Source: a virus. From it: DNA of 64,000 nucleotides. The stretch lies in IMG/VR virus record IMGVR_UViG_3300032282_003280, positions 27,275 to 91,274 of that record; one strand, given 5' to 3'. The notes beneath the pieces were generated by a model, which was not told the DNA's origin, searched no databases, and saw only the letters and a program-made list of their open reading frames with translations. Position 1 is the first letter of the stretch, and every line of letters starts with the position of its first letter. Made by a program: the position numbers and the translations under genes. This document shows positions 60,408 to 64,000 of this stretch, one piece after another.

Positions 60408-60741
60408 CAGTTGTCATTTTAGTTTTTAGGTACTCTATATCTGCAACGGTTGTCTTTAGCTTTAACTCCAGAGCTTTCCTGGTCCTCTCATCAGTCTCAA
60501 TCTTTAACTTCTTAGTGTGAGAATCCCGATAACTAATCAGTACCCTCATTTTACTCTTCATTGCCAGCTTCCTAAGAGAAAACTTACAGAGACCGGTAAC
60601 TTCTACCTCCTTATTAGAGGAGAGGGCCTTATTACTAGTCTTCCACTGATGATGAGCAACTGCCTCAACAACAGAGAGGGGTAACTCTACCTGGGTAGCG
60701 GTATCCTCTAATATCTTAGTTGGTATCTTCTGTTCTGTCAT
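60400..60741 (-). CDS. IHF/HU-like protein
   Basis: VVEAV...EVEVTGLCKFSLR HU-like pattern. Confidence 0.65.
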   Translation of the reverse strand: MTEQKIPTKILEDTATQVELPLSVVEAVAHHQWKTSNKALSSNKEVEVTGLCKFSLRKLAMKSKMRVLISYRDSHTKKLKIETDERTRKALELKLKTTVADIEYLKTKMTTDD

Positions 60742-61096
60742 TAATCGGTTGATTATCAGTCACTAACTTTATCTCTAACCTAATATCCTCCTTAAAGTCA
60801 ATCAGGATCTTAGGGTTTACCCTCATCTTCTTATTATCATCCTTTACCAGAAGACCTTGCTTCCTTAGCTTAGGGAGAATAGTATTCAGATAATTCTCAG
60901 AGAGATTAAACTTCTCTAAGAACTCACCTCTCAGTGGGGGTGTGGATAATGTCCCATTGACAGCAGAGAAGGCCACCAGGTCTAACTCTGTAGGAGAGAG
61001 GTGCATACCATTTATACTAAAGAGCATAGCATAGTAAACCTTCGCCTTCTCAAAGGGAGTCTTATAATTTTTCCTGATTTCCTGTTTAAGTGCCAC
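60716..61096 (-). CDS. Winged-helix (RepL/MarR-like) protein
   Basis: LSPTELDLV...LPKLRKQGLL...VNP. GTG 61096 preferred because the track's TTG lies inside the promoter and GTG follows the AACCAA...TACA leader. Confidence 0.6.
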   Translation of the reverse strand: MALKQEIRKNYKTPFEKAKVYYAMLFSINGMHLSPTELDLVAFSAVNGTLSTPPLRGEFLEKFNLSENYLNTILPKLRKQGLLVKDDNKKMRVNPKILIDFKEDIRLEIKLVTDNQPINDRTEDTN

Positions 61097-61120
61097 CTTG
61101 TAGTTAATTGGTTTGTTATG

Positions 61121-61152
61121 CAAAGATATAACAATAAAACATAAATAACAAA
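61121..61152 (-). promoter_or_regulatory. Bacteroidota-type promoter
   Basis: TTTG-N20-TATCTTTG. Confidence 0.7.
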
Positions 61153-61168
61153 ATACTTTTATGTACTA

Positions 61169-61180
61169 ATGCTATAACAT
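61169..61180. promoter_or_regulatory. Operator-like palindrome ATGYTATARCAT, copy 3 (inverted)
   Basis: AATGCTATAACATG. Confidence 0.6.
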
Positions 61181-61183
61181 GCC

Positions 61184-61555
61184 CTATTTTTTATTAAAGA
61201 AAGCATCTAATTTCTCTTGGAACTCCTCTATTGAGCAAGCTACCTGAATCTCAGTACCTGTATTAAGTACTATATCCACTACATCAAACATAGGGTTATC
61301 TGGGTTACTGATAGATTCCTCCATAGAGTAAGCCTGATTAAAGATAGATATCTGTGTAGGGTCTACAAAGATCTTCACATACTGAGGAGTTGGGGGCTCA
61401 TTATTATATACGGCTTTTTGTAAGGCCTTCCACTCTTCACCCTCATCTTCTTCCTCACCCTGAGATTCCTCTAACTGAGCCCTCATATACTTAAGGAGTT
61501 GACCATGTGGGTAGATCTTAGTAGTAAACCCAATAAACTTATTACTTATCATCAT
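61184..61555 (-). CDS. Small acidic protein (FlbD-like pattern); first minus-strand gene
   Basis: IFVDPTQI...IVLNTGTEIQVACSIEEF; ATG 61555 preferred over the TTG inside the promoter. Confidence 0.6.
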   Translation of the reverse strand: MMISNKFIGFTTKIYPHGQLLKYMRAQLEESQGEEEDEGEEWKALQKAVYNNEPPTPQYVKIFVDPTQISIFNQAYSMEESISNPDNPMFDVVDIVLNTGTEIQVACSIEEFQEKLDAFFNKK

Positions 61556-61573
61556 ATCATATAAATTATATCT

Positions 61574-61605
61574 CAAAGATAGGGGGTAAATATCAAAAAA
61601 CCAAA
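61574..61605 (-). promoter_or_regulatory. Bacteroidota-type promoter
   Basis: TTTG-N20-TATCTTTG. Confidence 0.7.
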
Positions 61606-61945
61606 TATTCTTCCCTTAAGGAGGAGAGAAAAACGCAGACACCACTCCTGGTTTATCTGCTTCTCCTTCTTCTCTTGTGCTTTCAGCACCGAAGGGCAGA
61701 ACAAAAAAACGGAATTTTCTCCACATTAACAAATATTTGTTTCTCTAAAGTGTGTAGTAAACTAAGTAGGGGGGTACCTATATAAACACTCCCCTCCCTA
61801 AGGGGTAAATAAAGTGGCCCCCGGCCTTATACCCCTATAAAATTTTTTTTTGAGGTATGTGCCCCACAGTATGTACAAATTATATTACCACTTGTGTGCT
61901 GACACCCCGGTGTAAATTTCGAGTTGACGGGTATCCCGTCATTAT
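61606..61945. other. Non-coding, GC-enriched strand-switch region with hairpins and G/C runs
   Basis: No long ORF; transcription diverges; several inverted repeats. Confidence 0.6.
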
Positions 61946-61971
61946 TCATTAACAATCTAAAAAATTACAAA

Positions 61972-62415
61972 ATGTTGTACACAGAATTAAAAAGCCAATT
62001 CGTACAGACCAACGATTCACAGAACAGTAACTATCGTCTGTTCAACACTTGCGAGAATCTCCTGAAGGAGTTTCCTAAGTACTTCCTTGACACTAACAGG
62101 AACTTCGTAACCTTCGTTAGTGCAGACGGTAAAGAGCGTATTACTGCGTTATTTAGCAGCAGGTTGCGTAAGGAAGTTGCAGCAGGGAACATTAATGTTC
62201 AAATGCAGCTTAAGCACTTGAGTGTTGCTGTTGTTACTTATCCAGAAAGCGTGGATAACAACGGTGTTCTACGCCCTGAAAGAGACGGTTTAGTGCTTAG
62301 CCTTCCAGAAGGTTACACTCAAGCATTTGACAGCAAGCTTGCACTTGCATCTAAGGCAGAACGCCCCAAGAGCAACGTGAGCTTCGCAGCACTTAATGCT
62401 GTCATCGGCAAATAG
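61972..62415 (+). CDS. First plus-strand (early-type) protein, function unknown
   Basis: ATG 61972 follows an A-rich TACAAA leader; host-like codon usage; followed by hairpins. Confidence 0.75.
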   Translation: MLYTELKSQFVQTNDSQNSNYRLFNTCENLLKEFPKYFLDTNRNFVTFVSADGKERITALFSSRLRKEVAAGNINVQMQLKHLSVAVVTYPESVDNNGVLRPERDGLVLSLPEGYTQAFDSKLALASKAERPKSNVSFAALNAVIGK

Positions 62416-62465
62416 TTGCACAGCGAGTCTCCCCTCAGTGGGGAGCTCCTGTTACCTACATAACG

Positions 62466-62499
62466 AGGGTTTCTCATTGCGAGAAGCCCTTGTTTTTAT
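62466..62499 (+). terminator. Rho-independent terminator
   Basis: AGGGTTTCTC-ATTGC-GAGAAGCCCT then TGTTTTTAT; extra hairpin CTCCCC/GGGGAG at about 62429-62445. Confidence 0.7.
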
Positions 62500-62723
62500 A
62501 TGTGGGTAGGGTTACAGAGTAATGTTTGGGTGGGATTTTTATAATTAATCAATAAAGAAAAAGATATGGTATTCTTATTATTACTACTACTATATATGAT
62601 TCTTCGTGGAGGAGAGGGTAATTCTTAGTTCTCCTTTAGGGTAAATGAAACTGATTTTCAATTCAAGCCCGGGAAATTTTAGAAATTATTAAACTTTTAG
62701 TTTCATTTTATTATATTTGAGGT

Positions 62724-62945
62724 ATGAAAAACAACATTAATATTACTGTTTGTAGTAAAAAAACCATCCTTCAGATGATAAAAGAGTCTAAAATAACTAA
62801 GAAGGACATAGCAAAGAGGTTATCTATATCTTCTCAAGGACTTAATAAGAGACTAAAAGACCCTGAGAACCTAACTATAAAACAACTAAGAGAACTATTA
62901 TCCCTTATAGGAGGATATAATCTTACCTTAGTAGTTGAGAACTAG
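62724..62945 (+). CDS. XRE/Cro-family HTH regulator
   Basis: ITKKDIAKRLSISSQGLNKRLK...LTIKQL; TATATTTG at 62712-62719 just upstream (leaderless-like). Confidence 0.8.
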   Translation: MKNNINITVCSKKTILQMIKESKITKKDIAKRLSISSQGLNKRLKDPENLTIKQLRELLSLIGGYNLTLVVEN

Positions 62946-62978
62946 TATAATTCGTTGATAATCAATGAGTTATGTATA

Positions 62979-62994
62979 TGTTTCATGTGGAACA
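62979..62994. other. parS-like palindrome
   Basis: TGTTTCATGTGGAACA; the reverse complement has one mismatch to TGTTNCACGTGAAACA; intergenic. Confidence 0.55.
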
Positions 62995-63092
62995 TTAGAG
63001 GGGTATGATCAATTGTGGATATAGAGGGTAATATCAAAATGATATAAAAATGCTATGGCTTTGAGGCGATATTATAGCGTAAACATAAACAT

Positions 63093-63407
63093 ATGAGTAT
63101 AATTAAAGCAATTGATGATCTTATAGATAATGTAGAGGATCTGCTTGGAGGATGTGGTATATTTTCTCCTGTATCTACTGCAATGGAGTATAATCCTTCT
63201 TTGTCTTCTATAGGTGATTATGATGTTAGTCATGAGGGTGACTCTGTCTGGTTAAAGGTTTGTATAGACAGTGGGGATGCACATACTCGAAGTATTGAGA
63301 ATTGTCTTTTAGTATTTAAGGAAACGTTTCCGGGATATATTAACTACTTTGTTGGTATTCAGGAGATTAATGGTATTCATGTAATAACTTTTTCTTTTGA
63401 TCTATAA
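63093..63407 (+). CDS. Hypothetical acidic protein
   Basis: 104 aa with an A-rich leader. Confidence 0.6.
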   Translation: MSIIKAIDDLIDNVEDLLGGCGIFSPVSTAMEYNPSLSSIGDYDVSHEGDSVWLKVCIDSGDAHTRSIENCLLVFKETFPGYINYFVGIQEINGIHVITFSFDL

Positions 63408-63414
63408 TTAAAAT

Positions 63415-63597
63415 ATGATATACTTTAAATATGGACTCCTATGGAGTCTTTTTCTCTTATATGTACTAATGGGCTTAACTTCTTGTTACTACCCTAAACA
63501 TGTGATAAAATCATATAAAAAAGGCTACTGTATTAAGACAGATACTACAGGAGGAAGACATTACTATACATCTAATTTAAGGGATTGTCCTTGGTAA
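63415..63597 (+). CDS. Small putative lipoprotein
   Basis: Hydrophobic signal followed by an LTSC lipobox. Confidence 0.55.
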   Translation: MIYFKYGLLWSLFLLYVLMGLTSCYYPKHVIKSYKKGYCIKTDTTGGRHYYTSNLRDCPW

Positions 63598-63612
63598 TAA
63601 AAATAAAACATT

Positions 63613-63759
63613 ATGAGAAAAAATATATGCTGGGTCTCAGCACCAATACTTGTAATTTTAATGGGTATCATTAACAATTTGAGTGCTTTTGAGTGCTTTG
63701 TCTTAATACCTTTGTTTTACTTAGCATTAGAGAATTATATGGATGGAAATAAAGACTAA
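63613..63759 (+). CDS. 48-aa membrane protein; not in the ORF track
   Basis: MRKNICWVSAPILVILMGIINNLSAFECFVLIPLFYLALENYMDGNKD. Confidence 0.5.
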   Translation: MRKNICWVSAPILVILMGIINNLSAFECFVLIPLFYLALENYMDGNKD

Positions 63760-63919
63760 GGTCTTCAAAGCCTTTAGAAAAGGTGAAAACAGACCAAAAT
63801 ACGTAGCAAAGACAGAAGTAAATAAAAGAATTCACCAAATTGCCATATGGGAGAATGAGGATGGATCCTTATACCTAAAAATAACACCGGCATCGGCAAC
63901 AACACTTAAAAAAAAATAA
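63743..63919 (+). CDS. 58-aa basic beta protein, DUF736/ssDNA-binding-like pattern; not in the ORF track
   Basis: MEIKTKVFKAFRKGENRPKYVAKTEVNKRIHQIAIWENEDGSLYLKITPASATTLKKK. Confidence 0.5.
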   Translation: MEIKTKVFKAFRKGENRPKYVAKTEVNKRIHQIAIWENEDGSLYLKITPASATTLKKK

Positions 63920-64000
63920 TAATAAAGAAGGTTGCTTATATACTAATGGAGTTATTGACTATGTAAATAGGGCAGATAATTCATGTAGTAGATATATAAG

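Noticed and set aside
62566-62628. 20-aa hydrophobic peptide MVFLLLLLLYMILRGGEGNS as a type I toxin
   Set aside because: It is too short, arises from a TTA/CTA microrepeat, and no antitoxin RNA is evident.

Overview
An AT-rich segment of a crAss-like (Crassvirales-type) podovirus, probably infecting a Bacteroidota host, read in the standard genetic code. Nearly all of 1-61.6 kb is a minus-strand late/structural region. In transcription order it holds RepL-like and IHF-like genes, terminase large subunit with a class-3-type Ala1 intein in its P-loop, portal, scaffold-like protein, major capsid protein, ring and auxiliary capsid proteins, a GH108 endolysin, Cys-rich tail-fibre genes, a holin candidate, a metallophosphoesterase, tail ring and muzzle proteins, and cargo proteins including a 3970-aa virion RNA polymerase (GSDFDIDK). 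A separate terminal unit (about 8.5 kb to the window edge) interleaves three glycosyltransferases with Thr-rich substrate-like proteins: a Gly-X-Thr collagen fibre and poly-Thr mucin-like proteins. One of these glycosyltransferases is missing from the ORF track and resembles plant GT95/GT96 peptide O-glycosyltransferases. A GC-rich structured strand-switch region at about 61.6-61.95 kb precedes small plus-strand genes and a parS-like palindrome. The two best candidates for undescribed systems are (1) phage-encoded mucin/collagen-type O-glycosylation of the virion, including a poly-Thr tag on the auxiliary capsid protein, and (2) cargo polyproteins built from small basic modules separated by a repeated [YFWHM]-x-x-G-G motif that may be a protease site. 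All family assignments come from motif recognition and synteny, not database searches.
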